Assembly: GCA_951406725.2 (NCBI GenBank)
Contig: OX597838.1
Location: 33,604,001 to 33,668,000 of the forward strand
Reading direction: 5' to 3'
DNA length: 64,000 bases
Origin: Octopus vulgaris
Lineage: Eukaryota
Position numbers and translations under genes: made by a program. This document shows, piece after piece, positions 25,774-40,400 of this stretch. The notes under the pieces were generated by a model, which saw only the letters and a list, made by a program, of their open reading frames with translations, was not told where the DNA came from and ran no database searches. Each line of letters opens with the position of its first letter. Position 1 is the first letter of the stretch.

Positions 25774-28700
25774 GAGAAAGGCTCATTCCAGTCTCCATCT
25801 ACCAAATCTACTGACAAGATTACGATTACGGTACTCCAATATACTAACAGACATCACCACAAACACACACCAAAATGACCGACTTACTTTCATCACTGTC
25901 TTCACTCTTATCTGCTTTCTCATCTTTTTTCTTATTCTTCTGATCTTTGCTACTCTCCAATTTCAGCCTAGATTTCCGAAGCTCCTCAGAGTCACCAAAC
26001 GGCTCTCGCATGTAACGCGACTCAACACCATGAGCTATTTGCAGCAAAGCTTTCGCGAGGCTTTTAACGACATTATCAATGTTTCCATCACCACTTTCTC
26101 CACCACTTTCCTGATCGGGCACCGGCTTCTCGCTCTTCAAGTTACCTTCCACTTTAGCACGCCACTGGAGACGATCTTTTACCTGGAAAAACACAAGAAA
26201 ATCACCATTTATGAATTTCTCTTGCAAGATCCCTGATGTGAAGCCATGTTAATACAGATGTTATATTTTGGGATGGTACCCCCCCCCCGCAAATAAACAT
26301 ATGCACTACATCTTCATGCTTCAGTCGTTTCTTACTGTTCTTATTCTAACTGATGTCCACTGACCGGAAATCTATCATCACATATCTGTTCTTAGATCAG
26401 TGGTTTTCAACCAGGGAGGACACACACATACATACGCGACGGACTTCTTTCAGTTTCCGTCTACCAAATCCATTCATAAGGCTTTCGCCGGCCCGAGGCT
26501 ATAGTAGAAGACATTTGCCCAAGGTGCCACGCAGTGAGACTGAACCCAGAACCATGTGGTTGGGAAGCAAGGTTCTTACCACACAGCCACACCTGCGCCT
26601 AAAGAAAAGGTAATGATGGACTACCGTAACCAGGATTCGAAGCTGGGTTACCAGGGCCATAACATTGGGTCCTAACTACTAGACCAGTGGTTTTCAACCA
26701 GGGTTCCGCCAGTACAGTCCAGGGGTTCCTCAAGAAGTTACAAAACTGCTAAAATCGGCAGTAATTTTTAAGTCTCCTGTGCAGATATGTGTGCATAAGA
26801 CTATTAAATTATTGCACGGGGGTTCCCGAGCCAGTGGAATGTTTCCTTGGGGTTCCACTCCAGCAAAAATGTTGAAAAGCACTGTCTTAGATGAACAGAA
26901 TGGACTAAGCAGAGCAGGAGGATACACCACGAGGACAGAAAGTGTCGCTGGAGAGGTCACAGGTGTGTGACAAAAGATTTCCAGGCAATGGACATCAGTT
27001 AAGATAAGAACTGTAATAAACGAGCAAAGAACAGATATAAGGGTGTGTGTGTGTTTATTTGGCAAGAAAAAAAATACAATATCCCAAATTATAACAATAC
27101 AAGAAAATTAGATAATGAAATAAATGAAAAAAGCTTTACAAACAATACAGCATTTTTTTTTTATCTACATATAAGGAATACCTATTTCTTTATTGCCCAC
27201 AAGGGGCTAAACATAGAGGGGACAAACAAGTACAAACAAACGGATTAAGTCGATTATATCGACCCCAGTGCTTAACTGGTACTTATTTAATCGACCCCGA
27301 AAGGATGAAAGGCAAAGTCGGAATTTGAAATCAGAACGTAACGGCAGACAAAATAACGCTTGGCATTTCGCCTGGCATGCTAACGATTCTGCCAGCTTAC
27401 CGCCTTGTCTACATATAAGGAATTACCTTATTTCATTTTGACTTACATCTTTTTTTTTATTTTTGTTAACCTTTTAGTATACAAATGATTCTGTTAAATG
27501 TAATTCTTTTTTTCATTCAAATTGTTTTGAATTAATCATGCATTATCTTATAGCTTTGAGGTTTCAATGATGCGATTGTTTATTTTTAGAATGTCCAATG
27601 TAGGTTAGATGAGAGGCAAGATATGGCCAGTTTGAACGCCAAATAAGTAAAATATTTGGGCCAGATAAGGCCAGCTTAGACACTAAGAAATCGATGGAAA
27701 AAAAAATAAAATAAACACCAATTTCAGTCAATTGATCCGACTTCTTAATCACACAGCCATATAATGCCACACCAGTGACTAAATCTAGTTTAACTCTTTG
27801 AAACCAGCCACATCCATCCGAAATATTCTACTTCGCTAGATCTGGTTTCTCAATTCTGCCCCACAATGTCATTCCAAAAAATTAACAGTTGCCTCATCAA
27901 AATCTCAAAGCTAAAAGATAATGCGTAATTAATTCAAAACAATGTGAACAAATAAGAATTACATTTGAGGGAGTAATGCGAATGCTAAAGGGTTTTAAAA
28001 AGGATGGGGAGGGGCGTAGGACAAGGGAAACAACTTCAGAACTAAATTCGTTTAATAATGGTTTCAAATTTTGGTGCAAGGCCAGCAATTTTAAAGGTGG
28101 CGTAAATCAATTACATTGACCCCAGTGCTTAACTGGTATTTATTTTATCAGCACCAAAAGGATGAAAGGCAAATTCAACCCCAGTGTCATTTGACCTCAG
28201 AAAGTAAAGGACAAAATGTTGTTAAGCATTTTGTACAGCATACTAACAATTCTTATTTCTTTACTGCCCACAAGGGGCTACACAAGCCAGGAGGCTGCAC
28301 CAGGCTCCAGTCTGATCTGGCAGTGTTTCTACAGCTGGATGCCCTTCCTAACGCCAACCACTCCGTGAGTGTAGTGGGTGCTTTTTACGTGCCACCGGCA
28401 CAGGTACCAGACGAGGCTGGCAACAGCCACGATCAGTTGGTGCTTTTTACATGCCAAGGAAACAAAAAAGGCGATGCTTAAATTTGTATAATGCATAGCA
28501 ACCAACACAGAGAGTAAAGTGTTTTAGAGGTATGTGCATTTGAAACAAGGACTTCAATCAGGTCTGTCTTTCCCACAGTCTCATACAGGCTAAATTACTG
28601 ACAATCCCAAAGGGTGCACAGAATTGATTACCTGTACAGTGGTTGCCAAATCAGACTGAAGCCTGGTGCAGCTACCCAGCTACCCAATTCTGGTCTAACC

Positions 28701-29855
28701 ACCCAACTTATGCTAGCCTGGACAATGGACGTTAAATGATGATGACAATATGCTAGCATTTTTACAGTTGAAAATCCAAATGCACCATCTTCATGAGTGC
28801 TGTCACCAAATTCCCTAATGTCTGTTGAAATTATTCCTGCAATGCTGCTGCTCCACCACCTCAAACTTCCCCGAGTTTTGATGCTTATCTGCATGCAGCA
28901 GATTCTTTCTACTGCGTAGGCTTTCACTCCTCTTCCACACCTGCCTTAATAACTGTGTGATCCCAAAACAGGAAAATTGCCTGGCACCTGTGCAGGTGGC
29001 ACGTAAAAAGCACCCACTACACTCACGGGGTGGTTGGTGTTAGGAAGGGCATCCAGCTGTAGAAACACTGCCAGATCAGACTGGGCCTGGTGCAGCCTCC
29101 TGGCTTCCCAGACCCCGGTCGAACCGTCTTAACCCATGCTAGCATGGAAAACGGATGTTAAACGATGATGATGATGATGATGATATGTTTCAATCCTCTG
29201 TTCTGTCTTCTTTTATCCTCTGTTTAAAAAAAAGGTGACCACATATTGCCAGTGAATTATTGTCCAGTCAGTTTCACTAGCTGCATCACTAAACTGATGG
29301 AGTTCTTTGTCGGAGAGACACTATGAAACTTCTGGAACTCTCACAAGCTTCTCTGACTCTCAAAAGACATCACCTGAATCACAGATGTTGGTTCGTGGCT
29401 GGAGGTTATCTCTCTTGCATCCCCCACAAAGCTTTCAATTCTGTGCCACACGAGCAATATGGCGAACAAACCTTGCTGCTATGAGCATGAGAGCTAATTT
29501 ATTCTAATTGGTTGAAATCCTCAATTATTGGGTGAAGAGGTTTTGTCACAGTACTGGGACAGCATTCTGCATTTTATGCAATGATTTCTGGGGTCCTGCA
29601 GGGATCTGTTCTTAGTCCCGCTTCTCGTTTGTTGCATACATTATTGACAGAGATGCCAACTTTAATCATGGGACTGTGTTAAAATATGTAGACAACATCA
29701 AGCTATCTTTTTGAGATAAGAGGAGCAAATGTTAAGTGCTAGAGAGTTTCTTCTGCAATCTGGCCCAGACAAAATGCAGCAACGAACTGCAGACTAGCAA
29801 CACAAGTTTACTGTAGGTAAAGTGCACTACTAGTCACATACACACACACACACAT

Positions 29856-29888
<33 letters not shown>

Positions 29889-32800
29889 ACGGGCTTCTTT
29901 CAGTTTCCGTCTACCAAATCCACTCAAAAGGCTTTGGTTGGCCCAAGGCTATAGCAGAAGACACTTGCCCAAGGTGCCATGCTGTGGGACTGAACCCGAA
30001 ACCATGTGGTTGGTAAGTAAGCTACTTAACACACAGCCACTCCTGTGCCTATGGAACATGCTTACAAAACTTTAAAAGAAAACACGCAATCAATTGTCCT
30101 AAGTAGACTTATCTCTGAATAAAAAATGGGAAGGATGAATTTTCTTCCAATCATAGGTTTGTACCTCTAGACGGTTGCTCAACGTGTTAGAAATAGCACA
30201 ATGATGCTGAGGATGAAGATGACTGGCATTATGAAGGGCGTCCAGCTATAGAAACCATGTCAAAACAGCTCCCAGTCTTGCCAGCTCTGGTCAAGCTGCC
30301 CAACCCATGCCAACATAAAAACGGACATTCACCCTTTAGCATTTAAACTGGCCATATCCAGCCTCTCACCCCTACCCTGCAATTTCATTCTAAAAACAAA
30401 ACAATCACATCATCGAAATCTCGAAGCTACAAGATAACGCATGCTTAATTAAAAATTAAAAAATTTTTTAATTTGACTCAATAAGCCTTATATTTCACAG
30501 AGTAATCTGATTGTTAAAGAGTTAAATCAGAGGTCCCTAAACATTTTCATCTCCCCACACGGCCGGGTACCCAGAATGCATTCCTCGTGCCACTCCACCA
30601 TTCACTACCACCACAAACATAGAACACTTTCAGCAACAAATTCAAAATAACTGTATTTCACAAATAAAACTTAACCTAACTAACCCATTGTGGAGGCACA
30701 TGGCCTAGTGGTTAGAGCAGCGGATTCGCAGTTGAGGAATTGCAGGTTCGAATCTCAGCCTGGGCGATGTGTGTGTTTATAAGCGAAACACCTAAGCTCC
30801 ACGCAGCTCCAGCAGAAGGTAATAGCAAACTTCTGCTGATTCTTTCGCCACAACTTTCTCTCACTCTTTCCTCTTGCAGCTCACCTGCGACGGACTGGCG
30901 TCCCGTCCAGGTGGGGAACCTTTACGCCAAGGAAACCGGCCCTTATGAGCCAGGTATGGCTTGAGAAGGAACAAACAACCAACCAACCCATTATTTTGTT
31001 TGCCTTTACATCACCTCGTTTTGACCACACCATTATCGCCTAACTTTTCCTTCAACACAAACCCCCCTGGGCAGGAAGGGTCAGTACTGCCCACTTTGGG
31101 AACCACTTGGGATGATGAAATCAAAAAGGCCACACTTACCTTCACAGATCCAAGGCCGCCAACATATATTCTCTCCTCTAAATCCAAAAGTAAATCCCGC
31201 AAATTCAGCTCAAGGATTTCTTTGGCGCTGCTCGTCTCCTCAGAGTCCTTACTGCCATTTTTGTTTTTATTTTTTTTCATCCTCTGTTCTACATCCTCCG
31301 GATCTTCAAACGGACAATTGCCAATTGATTCCTGAATCCGATCGCTGTTTTCCAGCAGGATCTGTTTCAGGAGTCCCTCTCGGAAGCCACGGGAATTTAA
31401 AGAATCCATAAGTTGGTTGAACTGTTCGGGCGACTTTATGTACGTCCAATGAACACGTTCTCTGTTTATAATTTTTTGTACAAACTCACTGTCCAAATAT
31501 GCGGGTCTCTCATCTTCATCTTCGTCGTCATCGTCATCATACTCTTCGTCATCGTCCTCCTCAGATTTGTCCATGCTGTCATCAGTCATGTCAGTCAAAT
31601 CTATCACACCGTTGCTACCCTTTTTCTCTGAAGTGGCTTCCTGTTTGTCTGTTTCCATGGGTTCAGTTTTATTAGTCTCAGGACTGGGAGTCTCAGACTC
31701 CTGCTTAACTGTCCCATCTTCTGTTGCCTTGCTTCCTTTTTCTTTGCTATCGCTCTCCTTCTCTCCATTTCCCTTTTTCTCACCTTCACCCTCTTTCTCT
31801 CCACTTTCCTTCTTAACATCACCTTCTTTCTTAACATCACTTTCCTTCTTAACATCACCTTCCTTTTTAACATCACCTTCCTTCTTCACATCACTTTCCT
31901 TTTTAACATCACCTTCCTTCTCTTCATCATGTTCCTTCTCCCCATCAACTTCCTTCTCCTCGCCACCTTCCTTCTCCCCATCACCATCTTCTTCCTTATC
32001 TTTCTCATCATCATCTACATTATCATCATCCTCCTCATCCTCCTCCTTAGAACTGGGCAACAATTCTGATGGGACAGTTTCATCGTTATCCTCAACGAAC
32101 AGCCCTGGTAATGAGCTGAAGGTCCAGTAACGCCGGTACATGCGGTCACGGCCGAGAGGGTATACAGCATTGCCCTGCTGGAGTTTAGCAATTGAATTTA
32201 GAAATTCTTTCTCCTTCTCCAAGTTTTCGCTCTTCTTCTTGGCATCAAGCTGTTCCCGTTTCTGCCAGTAAGCGTCCTTTTCTTCAGGGGTTAGTTCCTG
32301 TTCATTGATTTTCTCAAGGTCTTCGAGTTTATTGAATTTGTCGATTTGTACAAGGCGACTGCGTGACGTCTTTTTATCAGGTTTTTCTTTCTCCCTAAAA
32401 CAGAAGAAAACAAAAATGATTTTCAAAAACCTAAAAAACCCAGGAATATTACTTAACAAGGCATACATGAAAATAACTCAACTTTAGATCTTTCATTACA
32501 TACTCTTTTTACTCTTTTACTTGTTTCAGTCATTTGACTGCGGTCATGCTGGAGCACCGCCTTTAGTCGAGCAACTCGACCCCGGGACTTATTCTTTTGT
32601 AAGCCCAGTACTTATTTTATCGGTCTCTTTTGCCGAACCGCTAAGTGACGGGGACGTAAACACACCAGCATCGATTGTCAAGCAATGCTAGGGGGACAAA
32701 CACAGACACACAAACATACACATACATACATATATATATATACATATATACGACAGGCTTCTTTCAGTTTCCGTCTACCAAATCCACTCACAAGGCATTG

Positions 32801-34398
32801 GTCGGCTCGAGGCTATAGCAGAAGACACTTGCCCAAGATGCCACACAGTGGGACTGAACCCAGAACCATGTGGTTGGTAGGCAAGCTACTTACCACACAG
32901 CCACTCCTGCGCCTATAATGTTAGTCTTTTTTGTTTTAAGTTTTTTACCATCAGTTCTACACTGAAATCACAGCATACCTACAAGTGTGTCAGCCCTTCA
33001 TCTGATTGCTTTCTCATCACTTTTAGAAAATTGGGCATTTTTTTTTTTAACTCTTTAGCATTCAAACCAGTCACATCCCGTCCAGATGTTCCAACTGTTT
33101 TATCTTCAAACTGGTCAGATCCAACCTCTCACACATACCCTATAAGGTCATTCTAAAAGTAAATAATCACATCACTGAAATCTCAAAGCTATGAAATAAT
33201 GTATGATTCATAGAAGGCAATATGAGTAAATCTATATATATATAAAGCTGAAGTTGTCTGTGTGTGTGTGTGTGTGTGGTGGCAGGTTTGGTAGCCTTCA
33301 ACTAACACTATCTCCTCCGAGACCCAGCAGCGCAAGTTGACCAAAATTGAGAGTATGATAGAAGAAGGCTTGCTCTTCATTCCGTAAAAGAAAAAATTCT
33401 AATCGAACCATGTTAAGACTAAAAATTATTTACATCATTCAAAAGTACCCATTTTTCTGAAAGTTATGAGGAAACAAAGTCAACTTGAGCGACTTACCAA
33501 TAACTCACCTCCCCAACTATCCCCTAGAAAATTCTTCAGAAATTCCAATACAATTGGAATCTGTACCAGCTGAAAGGTATTTGAAGAAAATTTCTTAGAA
33601 AAAAAAAATTATCCATTTTTCTAAAAGCTATGAGGAAACAAAGTCTGGGAGGTGGGTGCACATGTGTATAGGTATGCTGAAATCACTTTATCACTTCTAT
33701 TCATACAATTCGAATTCAAAACTACACAACCAGTTCCACACACATTGCATAAAATGCGCTAGCTGCATGCTTTGCATAAATCGCTCATTTTGCACCGAAT
33801 TTTGCCAGCTGCACACATTACACAAAAATCCTTGAAATTACATGTTGCATAGAATGTTGCTTTATGCGAGGGCATTGATGAGTTAGAAGCATGAGATGAG
33901 GAAGGGTGATCAGAATAGGTTTTCCCACAGGATTTCCACGGCTACTTACATTTTGTAGGAGAGGAAGAAAGAAAAAAAAAAAAGAGAAATGAGAAGTTAA
34001 ATACATAAAGACAGCAGCCTCGTGAAATGAAGGACGCAGTGATGCGGTTCTTATTGGATCGACCATGAAAGCCTTAAATTGACCCTTGATGTGATTTGAA
34101 CCAAGGATGCAGTCACGACCGTTCTAACAGTATGCTCACCTCGCGACCAAATGGTTGCAGGTTCGATCCTACTGCATGACACCTTAGAATTTTTTTTCTT
34201 TGATTCTTTTACTTGTTTCAGTCATTTGACTGCGGCCATGCTGGAGCACCGCCTTTAGTCGAGCTAATCGACCCCGGGACTTATTCTTTGTAAGCCCAGT
34301 ACTTATTCTATCGGTCTCTTTTGCCGAACCGCTAAGTGACGTGGATGTAAACACACCAGCATCGGTTGTCAAGCAATGCTAGGGAGACAAACACACAA

Positions 34399-34443
<45 letters not shown>

Positions 34444-37400
34444 CATATATACGACGGGCTTCTTTCAGTTTCCGTCTACCAAATCCACTCACAAGGCATT
34501 GGTCGGCCCGAGGTGCCATGCAGTGGGAATGAACCCGGAATCATGTGGTTGGTTAGCAAGCTACTTACCACACAGCCACTCCTGCGCCTAAGAATACTTT
34601 GCAAATGTGACATGAAATGCTGTGCCCCTACAAGAAATACCAAAAGCAGAGAAATACTTACTCAGTAATGCCGTTGTTCACCTCAACACCGGCTTGTCTT
34701 AGTGCTTCGTTAGCTATCTTCATTTCTAGCTGCTTCCGTTCACGAAGTCTTTCTTCTACACTACGCTTGTATCTGGAAAAGAAGAGCCACAAAATACAAT
34801 TGGGTCCACTTACACAGTCTACAGATGAGTCTTACAAGAAAGGAAAGGTTAAGATGATGCACAAAGCCTTTTTGTACCAACCCACCAAGGCCACCACCAC
34901 TGTTTAGCATATTTCTGTTTGAGATGCTCTGCGTTTCTCTTTTACTTGTTTCATGCTCGGATGGTGCTCTTAGCGCTCCACAAGCACAGATGCCAGTCTT
35001 CGAATTTGATTTCCATTTCACTTGCCTCGACAGCTCTTCGCAAGCAGAGTTTATCATCATCATCATCATCATTTAGCGTCCGCTTTCCATGCTAGCATAG
35101 GTTGGACGGTTCAACTGGGGTCTGTGAAGCCAGAAGGCTGCATCAGGCCCAGTCTGATCTGGCAGTGTTTCTACGGCTGGATGCCCTTCCTAACGCCAAC
35201 CACTCCGTGAGTGTAGTGGGTGCTTTTTACGTGCCAACGCATAAGTGGGCTGGTTACACTCCTGGTATAGACCACGACGTTATGGTCTCACTTGGCTTGC
35301 CGGGTCTTCTAAATTACAAAGATCCATGATCCAACAGACATGGACACAGGCGACAATAACAACAGCATCAAAAAAGAAAATTATAAACAACAAAGTAGTT
35401 ATCTGATAATCACTGTCGCAACCAGATGAGCAGATGTCATTATACACCACTGGTTACAATGCACGCCTCACATTGTAGTTTCCAATGCCACTCCACTGGC
35501 ACGGCATATAGGCCTATAACGTATAAGTGACTGAGACCATAACATTTCCCTTGAATGGGAAGCCAGTTCGTCACAAGGTCACTCATTTACAGCTGAGAAA
35601 AATGGGGAAAAAAACATGAAATGGAAGTGTTTTGCTCAAGAACACAACACACTTCCTGGTCTGGGAATCAGAACCACACTCTTGCAATCATGAGTGCAAA
35701 CGTCCGCTTTACATGCTGGCTGGGTTGGACGGTTCAACTGGGAAGCCAGAAGGCTGCACCAGGCCCAGTCTGGTAGTGTTTCTACAGCTTGATACCCTTC
35801 CTAACGCCAACCACTCCGTGAGTGTAGTGGGTGCTTTTTACGTGCAAGATGAGGCTGGCAAACGGCCACGGTCGGATGGTGCTTTTTATGTGCCATCAGC
35901 ACAGGGACCAGACGAAGCTGGCAACAGCCACGGTCGGATGGTGCATTTTACGTGCCACCGGCATGGAGGCCAGTCAGGGCAGTACTGGCTACGGCCACGT
36001 TCGGAAGGTTCTCTTACGTGCCACCGGCACTGGTATCACAGCTACAAATTCCATTGATGTTGACAGATTACGATTTTGATTTTCACTTGCCTCAACAGGT
36101 TTTCAAAACAATTCAAATAAATAAGCATCACATTTTAGAGAGTAACCTGCATGCTGAAGGGTTAGCTTACAAAAAACAGAGTAATATGTGATTATACTGA
36201 TGGTGACTGCTTACCTTGCAGTTGCTTCTTCTCGTTCTCTCCTCAACTCTGACCATTGTAACTGTTTCAAATCCATCTTCAACTGTCGTAATCTCTCAAA
36301 GTTGTCCTCAACCAAATCCCGGGAAGCTGCATAGGTGAGGAACTGGTGCACAAGCGTTGACAAAGTCTTCAACTTGCACTCTGATAAATATAAATAGAAA
36401 TTTTCTTTTTAAATGCCATGTCAACAAAGTTGTGCAGGAGTGGCTGTGTGGTAAGAAGCTTGCATCCCAACCACATGGCTCCAGGTTCAGCTTCATCGCG
36501 TGGCACCTTGAGCAAGTGTCTTATACTATAGCCTCGGGCTGGCCAAAGCCTTGTAAGTGGATTTGGTAGACAGAAACTGAAAGAAACCCATTGTGTGTGT
36601 GTGTGTCTGTGTTTGTCCCCCTAGCATTGCTTGACAACCAATGCTGGTGTGTTTATGTCCCCATCACTTAGCGGTTCGGCAAAAGAGACCGATAGAATAA
36701 GTACTGGGCTTACAAAGAATAAGTCCCGGGGTCGATTTGCTCAACTAAAGGCAGTGCTCCAGCATGGCCACAGTCAAATGACTGAAACAAGTAAAAGAGT
36801 ACACACCAACATGGTCACACATGGCTGTGAAGTAAACTCCCTAAACTCCTATACAATAGAAATTAGTTTAATATAAACAAGACAATCGCACTCAATACAG
36901 TCAGTAATTAGACTGGCCACATCAGGCCCTAATATTCTGAGTTTTACACTTTAGACTCGCCAGATCCAGCTTCCCATACCTAGGCTACAATATCATTCTA
37001 CAAAGAAATCTCAAAGCTACGAGATAATTCATGATTAATTCAATACAATGTGAATAAACAAGCATTACATTTGACAGAGTAATCTGAGTGCAAAAGGGTT
37101 AAACCAGCCATGTCTGGCTCAAATATTGTAACTGTTTTATGTTTAATTTGGCCACATCTAGCCTCTCATACCTATCCTACAATATCATTCTACAAAGAAA
37201 TCTCAAAACTACGAGATAATTCATGATTAATTCAATACAACATGAATAAATAAGCAATGCATTTGATGGAGTGATCTGAATGCAAAAAGGTCAAGATCTC
37301 ATGGCTAGTGTATTTCATGGAGCTATGGTTGCATGAAGGGCAAAAACCCTTTTTAAATAACTTCCAGCTTCTCAAACAGCAAGGGAAGGCTGTGTAAAAC

Positions 37401-40400
37401 AGGTGACCTGAATGACTATAGAGTGCAGCCATAGAAGAATTACATGAAACAGAATGTAGCCACAAACAGAGAGACCTTAACCAGTGTATGTGTGTGTGTG
37501 TGTGTAAAAATACCTGTTTCTTTATTACCCACAAGGGACTAAACACAGAGGGGACAAACAAGGACAGACATAGGTATTAAGTCCATTACATCGACCCCAG
37601 TGCGTAACTGGTACTTAATTTATCGACCCCGAAAGGATGAAAGGCAAAGTCGACCTCGACGGAATTTGAACTCACAACGTAACGGCAGACGAAATACCGC
37701 CAAGCATTTCGCCCAGCGTACTAACGTTTCTGCCAGCTCGCCATGTGTGTGGAAATACCTTAACACCTTAGCATACAAACTGGTCATGAAACAGAATGTA
37801 GCCACAAACAGAGAGACCTTAACCAGTGTGTGTGTGTGTGAACACCTTAGCATTCAAACTGGTCATATCACACTCAAATACTCCACCTGTTTTATGTTCA
37901 AACTGACCAGTTTCCAATTTCTCACACCTACACTACAATGTCATTCTAAAAATAAACAACCACATTATTGATACTTCAATGCTATGAGATAATGCAGGAT
38001 TAATTCAAAACACTGTGAACAAATAAGCGTTGCATTTGACAGAGTTACCTGAATGCTTCAAGGGTCATAAGTAATAGGTAACAACAAATAGTTTCATTAT
38101 CTGATAAAGGCTGATGAGTAGCAAACTATGGTTGATAATGGTGGTGCCCCAACATGGCCATAGCCAATGAAATAACTCTGAAAATCAGACACAGAGTTAC
38201 TTTATAATGAAATATGGAATGGTCGTGGCCGGATCCTAGATTTAACAGCAATTTGTAATAAACTATGTCAGGGACAGGGCTTAAGAGAGGAGATAATAGT
38301 AAGAAGAATTGAATTCTATAACTTATAGAGAGGTCACAGATTTTAGGGAAAGGGTTATGTGAACCTCCATCCCTTGCCGCAAAGTACTTCAGTGGAATTT
38401 AGGCACAGGGTCACAATTTGTAGGGGCTGGGGATGAAAGTGACACTCAAATTAACTCCAGTAATTGATGGCCACTTCATTTAACTGAAGCTAGAATTATG
38501 AGAGGCAAATTTTAACCAAGATTATATAAAAGGGCATGATATATAAGGTATTTGTCCAGAAAAGTACAGATTCTGCTAAACCAAAAGCTATGTAGGTCTA
38601 AAGAAAAGGGTTATGCAGGCCTAATTAAAGGGGTCATGTAGGCTGAGAGAAAGGGACTATGTAGGCCAAGAGGAAGGGGGTTATGTACATCAAGAAGAAG
38701 GTGCTATGTCAGCTGAAAGGAAAGGGCTCTATAGGCTGAGAGAAAAGGACTACATGTGCCAAGAGAAAGGGACTGTGCAGGTAGGCGGAAAGAAAGGGGG
38801 CTGACTGATATGAGCTTACCTGGGGGCATATCAAATATGTTGTCTTCACTGAGACTTTTCATAAGTTCAGGAAGTTCTTTACAAAGATGAATACCAGCAT
38901 CATCCATTGCTGTGTAACCACCTCTTTGTTGATACCGGAATTTGACATTATTTGCATTCGCTTTGGCAGCTGATGATATTAAATGCAAGCGCAAAATCTC
39001 AGTCAAAGTAAAACTGTCCAACTGCAAGTTCCTCAAAGGGGTTCCTAGAAGAAAAAACAAAACAACAAAACATTTGCATTAGAATACTACTAATAATAAT
39101 AATAATAATAATGCCCTGATGCAGTACCAGACAGTGGCTCTCATGGCTTCTGATCTTAAATGATTGGAAGTATTATCATGTACATTGTTTTGTCTTGGTA
39201 TAAAAGATGGGCTACAGCAAATATTCTGTTCAATACCACAGATTTGATTGTCAGTTGTTTGACCTTAACCAGTTGACCATGTCCCTTAGTGGCTGATGAT
39301 ATGTGCATCTCTGATCACAAACAGAAGTAGTGGGGGAGCATCATAGCCATGTGTTGAGAGGGATTCTTTGGGGTTAGAATAAGTCACCTTTGGAAACATG
39401 GGTGTTTCGTTCAACATCCTTAAACAACCTTTATTCAGGGACCTTTTTGCTCAACTACTAAGATTGTGAAGTCTTGCATATCTTATGCCAGCAAGGACAG
39501 TAGATGTAAGCTGGTTACGTCAACATGTGCAAGAAGCCTAATAAACCACTGTTTAAAAAACTCTTTGTGCTGTTTGTTCTGCCCAAGTTGAAGAGCTTGC
39601 CCTATCTTGCCCAGGATATCAATCGTCTGGAAGCTGTTCAGCGACATGCAACCAAAAAAATACCCTCCATCAGGCATTTGCCATATCCTGAACGCTTTAC
39701 TTCCCTGGGCATGGACACATTGAAACTCCAACGTCTGGCAGCTGACTTGGCAGACACCCATAAAATCATCAACCATCGTACAAACAATAACTCTGAGCAC
39801 CTTTTCAAACTCCACCCATCTAACACCCGTGGACATATTTACAAAGTCAGAAAACAGCACAGCTCCCATAACTTTAGGAAACACTTTTTCACGCTGAGAG
39901 TTGCTGCTGAAGCATGGAACAAACTACCGGCATCAGTTGTTAGTTGTCGGAGCACTGCATCCTTCAAAACTTCCATGCTTTCTGAGATTCGCCAACACTA
40001 CACCTGATTTTCTCCCCTCCATACACACACAAGCATGTATCTGACTCATACACTGTTCGCTTTCCAGACATTTCTACATTACTGCATGTACTTTATATGC
40101 ACTTTCTGACAAGTTGTGGTGCACCTGAGCACTGTATACAGTAATTTCATTATATTATTATTATAGCTACTCTCTTTTCAATCTCACCACTGAAAATATT
40201 GTGAACTAGTGACTGACCCTTTGACCAATAATGGTAATGTGTGAAATCAAGATTTCTACAAAGACAACCGAAGACAAGTTGGTTCCAGAAGAGCCAAAGA
40301 TAAAAAAAAAATTTTTTTAAAAAAGCATCTGAATGAAATGTTAGTAAAATGCTTACCATGGGTTAACATAGGGTACTGTGCCATAATTGCAGAATTCTTT

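Noticed and set aside
26622-26686. Functional tRNA-His gene
   Set aside because: 5' acceptor strand missing, anticodon stem mispaired, T-loop altered.
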